DNA of 64,000 nt, from the NCBI GenBank assembly GCA_965603825.1, contig CBFDEM010000053.1:124001-188000 (forward strand). The letters are read 5' to 3'. A model generated the notes under the pieces. That model searched no databases and was not told where the DNA came from. It saw nothing but the letters and a program-made list of their open reading frames with translations. Made by a program: the position numbers and the translations under genes. The DNA is from Blepharisma stoltei ATCC 30299 (lineage: Eukaryota > Protista > Ciliophora). Positions 22,937-33,130 of the stretch are shown here, piece by piece (within the stretch, counting starts at the first letter, position 1; every line of letters starts with the position of its first letter).

Positions 22937-23356
22937 ATATAAAATTATTTTCTTTTAAAATTAAAAATAAGTTATTGACGAGGAAAAAATTTGATAAATT
23001 GATATATAATTAGATTCAAAATAATGCCTTTATAAATTCAGCTGATGCTGCGGATTCTTTTATAATAATTGTTGAAGTAAATTCCACATGATGCAAGATA
23101 CTAATCCGCGCTGATATAAAAATTTATTCCTCAGAAAGATTAAACAGATTATAATTACCTGGTAGCATTTACCCAAAATCTAGCAGCATCTTAACTATTT
23201 TTATAATTACAATTATCTTTTTCCATTGAAAATCACTAAGCCAAAAAATTTTAATTCACATCTAATTTCTCCTATATCCATTATCAAACTGCATTATTAA
23301 CTCTGTCTGTTAATCATTAATTACTAAGCTTTTATAAATAAGATATTAATAAAGTC

Positions 23357-26300
23357 ATGGACTTTGACCCATCTGAAATTCACAATTATCTCGACTCTCT
23401 TTTCAAGTCAAGAATCGTCATAATTGATGGTGCGATGGGGACAATGATTCAGAAACACAAGCTTAAAGAAGCAGACTATCGTGGAGCCCAATTTATAGAT
23501 CATCCTCAAGACCTAATGAACAACAATGACATTCTGAGCATAACCCAACCTTCAATAATCGCCAATATTCACCGTCAATATCTAGACTCAGGTGCTGATA
23601 TAATCGAAACAAACACATTTAATGGGACATCTGTTGCCCAACAAGATTTCGGGACCCAAAATTACGTCAAAGAAATCAACCTCGCCGCAGCAAGACTCGC
23701 ACGTGAAGTCGTCGATGAATTTTCATCAAAAAACCCTTCACATAGAAGATTTGTCGCTGGAGCCGTCGGCCCGACCTCAAAAACAGCATCCTTAAGCCGA
23801 AATGTGGATGATCCTTCACAGCGTGACGTAACATTTGATGACCTTGTTGAGTCTTATTTCGAACAAATTCAAGCTTTAGTAGAAGGTGGAGTACACATAA
23901 TTTTGGTAGAAACAATTTTTGACACTTTAAACGCAAAAGCCGCATTATTTGCATATGAAAAATACTTTACTAGTAAGCCAAAATTGCCGTTAATGATATC
24001 AGGGACTATAAGTGATATGAGTGGCAGAACCCTTTCAGGGCAAACCGTAGAAGCCTTTCTTATTAGTGTGATGCATTCCAAGCCTTTGTGCATTGGGCTG
24101 AACTGTGCATTAGGCGCTACCAAAATGAAAGCATTTTTAGAAAACTTGTCAAGAATAGCTCCATTTTATGTCCACGCCTATCCTAATGCAGGGCTTCCTA
24201 ATGAAATGGGAGAGTATGACGAGACTGCTGATCAATTTGCTTCAAATGCAATGACATTTATCACTGATAAACTTGTCAATATGATCGGCGGTTGTTGTGG
24301 TACAACTCCTGAGTATATTCATGCTTTGAAAACTGCTATTGAAAGTTCAGGCGTCCATCCACGTGAAATCCCGAAGCCATCAGGTAAATTAATGCTTTCT
24401 GGGCTTAAAGAATTTATTTTAACAGAAAATATCCCTTTTGTAAACATAGGAGAAAGATGCAATATTTCTGGGTCGCTGAGGTTTAAAAAGCTGCTAGTCA
24501 CAGAAAATAACTTCGCTGGAGCTTTAAATGTTGCCAGAGATCAAGTAACAAATGGAGCACAAGTTCTTGATATAAATGTGGACGAAGGTATGATAGACAG
24601 TGTGGAAGTTATGAGCAAGTTCTTAAAAATGCTTACAAGCGACCCTGATATCGCTTCTGTGCCACTTATGATAGATTCTTCGAATTTTAAGGTGATTGAA
24701 GCAGGACTAAAAGTCTGCCAAGGCAAATGTATTGTAAATTCCATATCTTTGAAAAATGGAGAATCAGAGTTTTTAGAACAGGCTGGAGTTTTAAGAAAAT
24801 ATGGAGCTGCTGTTGTAGTTATGGCGTTTGATGAAACAGGCCAAGCGACAGAAATTGAGCATAAAGTCAGAATCTGTGAGAGAGCTCATGAATTGTTAAC
24901 AAAAACCCTTGATTTCCCTCCTGAAGATATCATTTTCGACCTGAACATCCTCACAATTGCTACAGGTATGGATGAGCACAACCCATATGCAAGAAATTTT
25001 ATCGAGGCTACCAAAGCTATCAGACAAAGGTTCCCTCAATGCCACGTGAGTGGCGGCCTAAGCAACCTTTCTTTCAGTTTCCGAGCTTTAGCCCAGTTCC
25101 GTGAGCAAATGCATGCAGTTTTTCTCTATCATGCAATTCATGCCGGAATGGACATGGGGATTATAAATGCCGGAGCTTTGCCTATATATGAAGATATTCC
25201 TGCAGATTTACGTAAAATATTTGAGGAGATCATTTTTAATGAGTCTGAGGATGGAAAACACGTCGAAAGGGTTATTGAGTATGCAGAAAATTTGAAGAAA
25301 AACAAGACAAAACAGACCACAGAGAAAAAAGAAGCTGAATGGAGATCATTGCCTTTACCTGAAAGGCTGAGATATTCATTGGTAAACGGTCTGTCAGAAT
25401 TCATTGAAAAAGATCTACAAGAAGCATTAGGAGAATACCCAGGACCACTCAATATTATAGAAGGTCCTCTAATGGACGGAATGTCTGTTGTAGGTGATTT
25501 ATTTGGAGCTGGAAAAATGTTTTTGCCTCAAGTTATCAAGTCAGCCAGAGTTATGAAGCAAGGAATTGCACATCTTGAGCCATTAATGCTTCGAGGTGAA
25601 AGCCAAAAAAAGAGCGGTGTTATTCTTATGGCGACTGTAAAAGGGGATGTCCATGATATAGGAAAAAATATTGTAGGTGTTGTATTAAGATGCAACAATT
25701 ATGAAGTCATTGATTTAGGCGTCCAAGTTTCATGGGAAACTATAAAAGAAACCTTAAAAACTCACCATATCGACGTCATCGGATTGTCAGGGCTTATAAC
25801 TCCTTCTCTAGAACATATGGTAAACTATGCAAAGCATATGGAATCTGGCGGCATGACCATTCCTTTATTGATAGGAGGTGCAACTACTTCTAAAATCCAC
25901 ACAGCTGTAAAAATTTCCCCTAATTATTCCCACCCAGCTGTTCACGTTTTAGATGCTTCTAGATCAGTTGGAGTAATCTCAGCCCTATTGGATCCCAATT
26001 TAAAGAGAAGTTTCTACTCAGAAATCAAAGAAGAATATGACGAAATCCGTAAGGACTATTACGCAACTCAAAAGGAAAAAAAATTTAGATCATTAAAAGA
26101 AGCAAAATCTAATAAATTTGAAATAAATTGGGCTAAATACACCCCAGTGCAGCCTAGAGTTGAAGGGGTGACTGTGATTGATGATCAAGATTTAAATGAA
26201 TTAATAGAATATATTGACTGGGGTCCTTTCTTTTCTGTGTGGCAAATAAGAGGAAGATACCCAAATAGGTCATTTCCAAGGATTTTTAATGATGCCAAGG

Positions 26301-27031
26301 TAGGAGAACAAGCTAAGCAGCTTTATGAAGATGCTCAAAAAATGCTGCAAGAAATAATCAAAGGGAAATTATTACTCGCTAAAGGAGTTTATGGGATTTT
26401 CAAAGCAAAAGCTGTAGGAGATGATATAGAGGTCTATAAAGGTGGCGAAACTTTTAAGTTTTTCACCTTAAGACAGCAAGAAATTTTGGCTGCAGATGGG
26501 CCGAATCAAGCTTTAAGCGACTTTGTATCGCCAATTGAAGACTATTTTGGAGCTTTTGCAGTGACAGCAGGGCTGAACTGTGACGAAATCTCTCAAAAAT
26601 ACGAAGCAGAAATGGACGACTATAAGAGCATCATGATCAAAGCCCTCGCTGACCGTCTTGTTGAAGCCTTTGCAGAAATGCTGCATAAAAAGGTAAGAAA
26701 TGAGTATTGGGGTTATTCTTCTTCAGAAAATTTGTCAACAGAAGAATTGATTCATGAAGAATACCAAGGGATAAGGCCAGCTCCAGGGTACCCAGCCCAG
26801 CCAGACCATTCAGAAAAGTTAACTCTATGGAGACTGCTTGATGTGGAGACCAATACCAGCATAAAACTGACAGAATCTTTGGCTATGCATCCAGCTGCTT
26901 CTGTATGTGGTCTTTATATTTCTCACCCACAAGCTAGATACTTTGGAGTCGGACAGATATGTGAGGACCAAATACAAGATTATGCCTCAAGAAAAGGAGT
27001 CTCAGTAGAAGAAATCAAGCAATGGCTTTAA
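23357..27031 (+). CDS. MTR: cobalamin-dependent methionine synthase
   Basis: [15 protein letters not shown] (Zn), GERCN pterin domain, DVHDIG B12-binding motif, [14 protein letters not shown] activation domain; 1224 aa. Confidence 0.98.
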   Translation: MDFDPSEIHNYLDSLFKSRIVIIDGAMGTMIQKHKLKEADYRGAQFIDHPQDLMNNNDILSITQPSIIANIHRQYLDSGADIIETNTFNGTSVAQQDFGTQNYVKEINLAAARLAREVVDEFSSKNPSHRRFVAGAVGPTSKTASLSRNVDDPSQRDVTFDDLVESYFEQIQALVEGGVHIILVETIFDTLNAKAALFAYEKYFTSKPKLPLMISGTISDMSGRTLSGQTVEAFLISVMHSKPLCIGLNCALGATKMKAFLENLSRIAPFYVHAYPNAGLPNEMGEYDETADQFASNAMTFITDKLVNMIGGCCGTTPEYIHALKTAIESSGVHPREIPKPSGKLMLSGLKEFILTENIPFVNIGERCNISGSLRFKKLLVTENNFAGALNVARDQVTNGAQVLDINVDEGMIDSVEVMSKFLKMLTSDPDIASVPLMIDSSNFKVIEAGLKVCQGKCIVNSISLKNGESEFLEQAGVLRKYGAAVVVMAFDETGQATEIEHKVRICERAHELLTKTLDFPPEDIIFDLNILTIATGMDEHNPYARNFIEATKAIRQRFPQCHVSGGLSNLSFSFRALAQFREQMHAVFLYHAIHAGMDMGIINAGALPIYEDIPADLRKIFEEIIFNESEDGKHVERVIEYAENLKKNKTKQTTEKKEAEWRSLPLPERLRYSLVNGLSEFIEKDLQEALGEYPGPLNIIEGPLMDGMSVVGDLFGAGKMFLPQVIKSARVMKQGIAHLEPLMLRGESQKKSGVILMATVKGDVHDIGKNIVGVVLRCNNYEVIDLGVQVSWETIKETLKTHHIDVIGLSGLITPSLEHMVNYAKHMESGGMTIPLLIGGATTSKIHTAVKISPNYSHPAVHVLDASRSVGVISALLDPNLKRSFYSEIKEEYDEIRKDYYATQKEKKFRSLKEAKSNKFEINWAKYTPVQPRVEGVTVIDDQDLNELIEYIDWGPFFSVWQIRGRYPNRSFPRIFNDAKVGEQAKQLYEDAQKMLQEIIKGKLLLAKGVYGIFKAKAVGDDIEVYKGGETFKFFTLRQQEILAADGPNQALSDFVSPIEDYFGAFAVTAGLNCDEISQKYEAEMDDYKSIMIKALADRLVEAFAEMLHKKVRNEYWGYSSSENLSTEELIHEEYQGIRPAPGYPAQPDHSEKLTLWRLLDVETNTSIKLTESLAMHPAASVCGLYISHPQARYFGVGQICEDQIQDYASRKGVSVEEIKQWL

Positions 27032-27047
27032 GATTAGGATTCTTTTA

Positions 27048-27563
27048 TTAATTACTTGAGTAACTCAAGCAAACTTGTTGGATTTGCTGTAGTTTGCTAA
27101 TAAAATCATTCAGTTCTGTAAATGTGAACTCTAATACGCACTTTTGTTCATCATTATTTTCATCTTTTGTGCTAAGCTCTAGCTGCAGCAGAGGGATGCC
27201 AAGATTGGCTTTATTTGATGTGCTCATAACTAAGCTGATATTCCAATCAAAATTGTCAACTTTGCAGGAGCTCAAGACATTAGAGACCATGTAGCTTTGA
27301 ATGTCAGCTCTTCTGAGGAGAAAAGCTTCAGTCACCCCTCGAGCTTGTTCTTGGTTTAAGCGGTATTCAGATTGAAGCTTGTTTTCTATTTGAGAGGCAT
27401 CTGGGGAATCTGACATGAGACTTCGTAAAAGAGGCTTGAGCTGATAAAATAAAGAAAGACCTGAGTTGTTGTAGCCTGTTATAAAATCAACTGGATAGTT
27501 GCATAAATAATCAACAGAGTCATGAACCCCTTTTACAAGATCTTGCAGAGAATAAGTTTCCAT
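27048..27563 (-). CDS. COMM-domain protein
   Basis: C-terminal COMM signature (DNFDW....MSTS....L..P...L.L...LEF...EL..FI..L..I). Confidence 0.85.
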   Translation of the reverse strand: METYSLQDLVKGVHDSVDYLCNYPVDFITGYNNSGLSLFYQLKPLLRSLMSDSPDASQIENKLQSEYRLNQEQARGVTEAFLLRRADIQSYMVSNVLSSCKVDNFDWNISLVMSTSNKANLGIPLLQLELSTKDENNDEQKCVLEFTFTELNDFISKLQQIQQVCLSYSSN

Positions 27564-27761
27564 CTTTATGATTTTATTACCAATTTTAAGACTTGTTTCT
27601 GTTATTTAGGGTATCTTCGTAGAGATAATGAGGATTCTTTTTTGTATTTTATCTGCATAATAACAATTTGAAAGTTAGATATATATAACTTCTCAGAAGA
27701 AATTTTATGTAGAATGCAAGAAATATATTAAAATCACTTACTTAAAAAAATTACCAATTGG

Positions 27762-28172
27762 CTATCCCACTACTGGCTTCTTATCTAAAGGACAAGAAGG
27801 CTTAGTTTTAAGCCATCTGTCAATGCACGATTTATGAAAAAAATGCTTACAAGGCAGCTCTCTTACAATTTCATCTTTTTCAAGTTCTTGCAGACAAACA
27901 GCACACTCTTTCTTAATTCTTTTAAATTGAAGCAATTCAGGGGAGGAATTGTCAAGCTGATATAAAAATCCAGGCCACTTTTCTTCTGGAAGAGAGTTTA
28001 ATTGTTCTGAGGTTATCCCATTATTATTCTCTCTTCACTGATCTTGCTGGAGAATTCGTATATAAATATTGATTGCTTCTTCTATGCCAGAATTTCTATT
28101 TTCTCCGTATATAAAGACTTGGCCTGTGCTTAGTGAAATTAGTGCATCTGCTAAAGTTCTTCTATTAGTCAT
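27762..28172 (-). CDS. RING-H2 finger protein (absent from the ORF track)
   Basis: ATG 28172, TGA=Trp at 28035-28037, CAVC...[16 protein letters not shown]....CPLD, TAG at 27762; 136 aa. Confidence 0.88.
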
Positions 28173-28504
28173 TTAATATTATGTTTCAAGTCCTTATTTA
28201 TTTGTATTGTAAATATCAAATCATTTAATAAAACTAAAATTCGGCTCTTTTTATATCTTGGCTCATCTATAATGATGCTAAACGGATGATGCTGCATTTA
28301 TTTCTATATTCTATATTTACTTTTAATTTAAAAACAAATTTTAAAAATAAAGAAATAAATATATAATAATGGAATTTGCCATTAAGATCTCAATTCTATG
28401 TTCAATAATTATTAAAATTACCTCTAATTTAAAATAATATTAATTATGGCAAATAGTCATTATTAAAAAAGCTGCTAATTATATTTAAAATAGCTTTAGT
28501 TGCA

Positions 28505-30085
28505 TTAATAAATGTTATGCTGGCGCAGTTTCATATTTGCAGCTGACAGATCATTTTCTAACTGCGAGTTTAAATTTGCAAGTTCAGTAATTTGCTCTTC
28601 AAGTGAAGCTATTAAACTCTCATGATATACTTTCACTATAGGTCCTGAGTTTCTCAATTGAAACTTATAATCCTCAATCTCTTTCTGGCATTTTTTCAAC
28701 TCCATGTCCAATTGTTTAGAATTATCTTCTTTTTCATTGCGTACAACACTTTTCGACATTATTCTATAAGTTGCCTTTAAATCTTCTATTTGCTTCTCAA
28801 GGCGTACCTTTTCCCCCTACATATCTATTACTTCAATTACCGATTTCTCATTATTTAATTTCCATATAGCATCAGAGTGCTGAGCTTCAATAAATTTTTT
28901 TTGGGCATTTAAATTATTTACATGTGCTGTATATTTTTCATTATCTTCAAGTCGCGCTTTCTGAATAACAATTACTTCAAGTCTTGAAATATAATCTTTT
29001 AAATCTATGATCTCTTTATTTAATTGTGATCATTGATTTTCATACTCTAGTTTTAGGGAGATAAAGTCCTCCTTATATTTGGATAATTGGCTATTTAAGA
29101 GCTCGAGCTGATTTTTATAATTAAAATTTTCATTCTGCAAATTCTGATTGTATTTCTTAATAATTATTACTTCGGATTTTATTTTTTCTTGGTTTATATC
29201 ATCAATTTGTTCTTTGAGATTTAAAATTTCTTCCTTGAGCTTGCGATTTTCTTCCTCCAGTTCAATGCATTTATTTTGAGGTGTTTTGTCGAAGTTTTCT
29301 GGAGTCATTCTTGATTTAGGTAAAGAATTATTAAATCTTTGATTTTCAGAAATAGATCCACCAATAATTGAACTTATTTTATTATCAGTTGGTGTCAGCT
29401 TAGTTTCCTGACTGAGAAATCTCATTTCTTGAGGTGTTCCAGAATTTATATATGGCTGCCCTAGTAATGCTGTTTCGTATGAAGTTAAAGATGTTGAATC
29501 TGTTTTATCAGGATTAATATGCTCATACTGTCTTTCTTGAATATCATAATTATAATTAGTTCTCTGGTAAACATTAGGGTTTCTATCATAAATACTTTCC
29601 TTATTAGCAGTCTCAATATTCATATTAACAGTGAAGGCCTCAGGTTTGTTTGATTTTAACTCTTCTCTTCTATTTTCTCTTGGATTGCTTATAGTTTTCA
29701 TGTTAGTTCCTTTTTCAGCGTTCCTATTTATATCATTGACTTTTTTACTATCAGTTCATTGATTATTGCTTTGAGATTGATTAATGTAGTTTGTAGAAGC
29801 TTCTTTTCTTTTCGGCTCATCCTTTTTATTTTTTGTTTCTTCATGCGCCGGAAGCGCTGATAAAGGCCTTGAATTTTTCTTATCGGAATTAGATTTTATC
29901 GAAGAATGACTAAAAGTATAAGGTGTTGAATTAGGATTTTCTTTTGGAATAGGGTGAAAGGTTTTTATATAATTTTTTGGAATAGCAGTGTGGCCTGGGA
30001 GTTTAATGCTTGATGGAGGTCTATTGTCAGTTGCATACCTAGTGTCGGATTTTGTTAATGAGGCATCTCTCAGAGCTCTACTCAT
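28505..30085 (-). CDS. hypothetical protein, disordered N-terminus plus long coiled coil
   Basis: Three track ORFs in one frame, joined by TGA=Trp (29756, 29030) and 15-nt introns (28961-28975, 28817-28831). Confidence 0.78.
28817..28831 (-). other. 15-nt intron GTAATAGATATGTAG
   Basis: GT..AG, A at -6; removes an in-frame TAG. Confidence 0.82.
28961..28975 (-). other. probable stop-less 15-nt intron GTAATTGTTATTCAG
   Basis: Perfect match to the intron consensus but in frame and without a stop (VIVIQ if retained, inside a coiled coil). Confidence 0.6.
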
Positions 30086-30250
30086 TATTATTTTAAAATA
30101 ATTATAGAAATATAAGCTAAACTTGTTTTCAAGCTTATCATATCTAGAATTAGGTCACATATTCCTTTGAAGGCATTTGTTCAATTAATTATAATCCATT
30201 CAACTTTTAAATAAAACGTTCTACCAAATTTGATTTTAAATATTTACTAA

Positions 30251-30922
30251 ATGTATGGATCATTTACCAAAAATGCTCCTGATGATTCAAAGCAGTGGCT
30301 GCATTTGCTGTTAAAAAACAACCAAAGAAGAGCAATTTTAAAAGAAAAATATAAAGCAATTGCAATTGATATTGAAAGTCAATCTATGCCTTTATTTCAA
30401 TCGTCAAAATCTGTGCATCTTCAAGAAAAAATAACTCAAGATTCAGAACGGATAGAAAAAGACAATAAAAATCAAATTTTAAACCAAAGAAATGACCCAT
30501 ATGTAAGATTGGAAATGAGGATTAGAGAACTTGAACAAAAGTACCAAAATCAGCTATACAGGAGTAAAACGTATAGAGAAAATGTAAACCAGGAAGACCG
30601 GCTAAAAGATGATTTTAATAGTTCAAGAAAGGTCATGGAACTTGAAGATAGACTACTTTTTGCGACTGAAAAATATAATGAACTTATTGATAGGCTAGAT
30701 TTAACTGAAAAAATGTTATCACGAGAAACCCTTTCACCGATTTACTCACATATTTCAGATCGAAATCCATTAGAATCCTCACAGGGTACCTTCAAAAATT
30801 TACGAAAAAGTCTCAAATTAAAGCGCCCCAAGACTGTAAAATCTGCAGCCTCTCTTCACAAGCCAAAACCCAGCACAACCTCCTCCAAAATTTTGAAAAA
30901 AGGTAAGAAAAAATTAAATTAA
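30251..30922 (+). CDS. hypothetical coiled-coil protein with basic tail
   Basis: 223-aa ORF ending TAA. Confidence 0.7.
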   Translation: MYGSFTKNAPDDSKQWLHLLLKNNQRRAILKEKYKAIAIDIESQSMPLFQSSKSVHLQEKITQDSERIEKDNKNQILNQRNDPYVRLEMRIRELEQKYQNQLYRSKTYRENVNQEDRLKDDFNSSRKVMELEDRLLFATEKYNELIDRLDLTEKMLSRETLSPIYSHISDRNPLESSQGTFKNLRKSLKLKRPKTVKSAASLHKPKPSTTSSKILKKGKKKLN

Positions 30923-31542
30923 TGTTAATGATTAATAGACTTATAGGGAATTTCTGTAAAAGGAGTATCAAAATCTATACAAAAACAGGCGACAAAGGAA
31001 GAAGCAGCCTCTATACAGGTGAAAGAAGAAGCAAAGATAATCAAATTTTTCATGCCCTTGGGAATACTGATGAGCTAAATGCACATATTGGAATGGTAAA
31101 AATCATATAGGCTGCTACTGCATGCAATAATCAATCTGATATATTGGCGATGCTCACATCAATCCAAAGCCGCTTGCTAGATTTAGGTGGATGCATTGCT
31201 ACCCCAAAAACATCTGAAAATCAAGAAAAAGTCAATAAAATGCAATTTAACCCAAATCATACCCAACAATTGGAACAGTGAATTGATGGGTTGCAAGAAA
31301 ATTTGCCACAGCTAAAGTGCTTTATTTTGCCATCAGGAGGAGAAGCAAGCTCTAGGCTTCATGTTGCAAGGGCTGTTTGCAGAAGAGCGGAACGTAGCTT
31401 AGTTCCCCTACTGGAATCTGGAGAACTTGATGAAAATGCGTATATGTTTATGAACAGATTAAGTGATTTTTTATTTGTCTTAGCTAGAACTGCAGCACAT
31501 AGAGAAGGAATTGAAGAGATTAAGTATAAAAAAGAGCCTTAA
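30922..31542 (+). CDS. MMAB: cob(I)alamin adenosyltransferase, PduO/MMAB type (start may be 30928)
   Basis: [23 protein letters not shown](W=TGA 31279)[26 protein letters not shown]; intron 31096-31110. Confidence 0.95.
31096..31110 (+). other. 15-nt intron GTAAAAATCATATAG
   Basis: Removes an in-frame TAG from the middle of a conserved enzyme. Confidence 0.92.
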
Positions 31543-31740
31543 AACCTTTTGGGAATTATTTTGTTTTTGTATTTTCTCTAATAATGAATCTCAATTACTT
31601 CTAAATTCAGCAATATATTGCAAAATCTTAATAGCCAATCGCCTTATAGAGCATAATTTTATTGCTAAATAATTATCTTGTAATGTGAATTTACATAGAT
31701 TTATTCATATATTTAAAACTCAACTTCAAATAATTGAATT

Positions 31741-33027
31741 ATGGAAGAATACAAAAAATATTATGACCTACCTCTTGCAATTTGACCAAGATCGCGAACA
31801 CCTTCAATAACTTCAGAATCATGCAGAAAACCAGTATTAGATCCGGTTGATTGCTGAAACCTCTCCAAAGGAGAAGGGAGGAAAATCCCAGGAGTAATAA
31901 AACAAATAAGAGCAAAACAATTTAGAATAAAACGAAGAGAAGATTTTCCTAAAAATTCTCGTCCTGCTGAGCCTAGCCCTTTTGAACATGATAAACAAAT
32001 AATTCGTGTCCAAGAGCAGCTAAAAAATATTGAAAAAATAAGTAGTCAGCCAATTTCTCATAAAAAATACCCACTGCTGCTGGATGAAAATCGGCCTTTA
32101 TTAATTGATGCACACAATAACTATATATCTCAAACCAAAAAGCCAAGAAAACCAGAAAGTAGGCCTTTAGCAATTATCACTAATAATGATTTAAATTCAG
32201 AAAGATTACTACAAAAGCAGCCAATCACTCCAAGTTTTCAGCCAAAAAAGACTGAAATGGTTTTTGAAAGCACAGGAGGTAGTGATGACTTTTTTACTGA
32301 AGAAGCTCAAACAGTCCCAACTGAAATGTCTTTTTCTGAGCAATACCCAGAAAAGGATTACAATTTCCCAAATTCAAACTTAGACACCATTAGCAACAAA
32401 AAATATTTAAATATGCCACTTATAATAGGCACAAAATCGTTAACAGAGTCTGGCAAAAAGATAAATTTAGAGGACGCTTATCAAATTTTCCCTAAAATTG
32501 ATAGTAAAATACCTAGGGAAATAAAAAGAATAAGGGCTAGACAGTTTAAAAATCATAGAAAAGATGATGATTGCAAAACTTGCAGATCTTGCACACCAAG
32601 TATGGATACAAATTTTATTGAATTAGACCCACAAATTGTAAAAATACAAGAACAGCTGAAAAACATTGAAAAAATTAATAGTGAAAACTCAAGGAGTAAT
32701 AAGAAAATTGCAATTAGTAATGGTGATAAGTCATTGTTTAATAATACATGCTATGATTGAAAAGCTAAAAGGCTTCAGTTTTTAAAAAAAGGGAAATCTT
32801 CAAGCTATAACGAAGATCGGCCTTTGGCCATTGATACAAATAATGATTTAAAATCGCAAGGAAAGCAGCCAATCACTCCAAGTTTTCAATCGAAAACCAA
32901 AGATATAAAATTCGAAAGCACAGGGGGAAGTGATACTTTTTTAGCAGAAGACGCAAACCCTGCGGAGCTTTCTTTTTCAGAAGAAAAACCAAGAATCAGC
33001 CGGATTTTCCATCCAAAATTTGCTTAA
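31741..33027 (+). CDS. hypothetical 428-aa protein made of two diverged ~215-aa repeats
   Basis: Open from ATG 31741 to TAA 33027 with three TGA=Trp; paired motifs KIP..IK.IRA.QF, Q....QEQLKNIEKI, KQPITPSFQ, FESTGGSD. Confidence 0.78.
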
Positions 33028-33130
33028 TTTTATAATATTTAATCAGTGCTTATTTTAGTGCTCATTTCTGGCATAAGTCTAACATGAGTATAAATGCCTT
33101 TATATTTTATTAAAATATTCTGAATCACCA

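Larger units (their letters stand above)
21525..22976. repeat. head-to-tail tandem duplication: copy 1 ~21525-22260, copy 2 ~22261-22976
   Basis: Collinear match from GATTT(G/A)GAGATTTTCAAATTG through TTCACTTATGGGATATAAAATTATTTT, with scattered substitutions and small indels; no long ORF. Confidence 0.95.
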
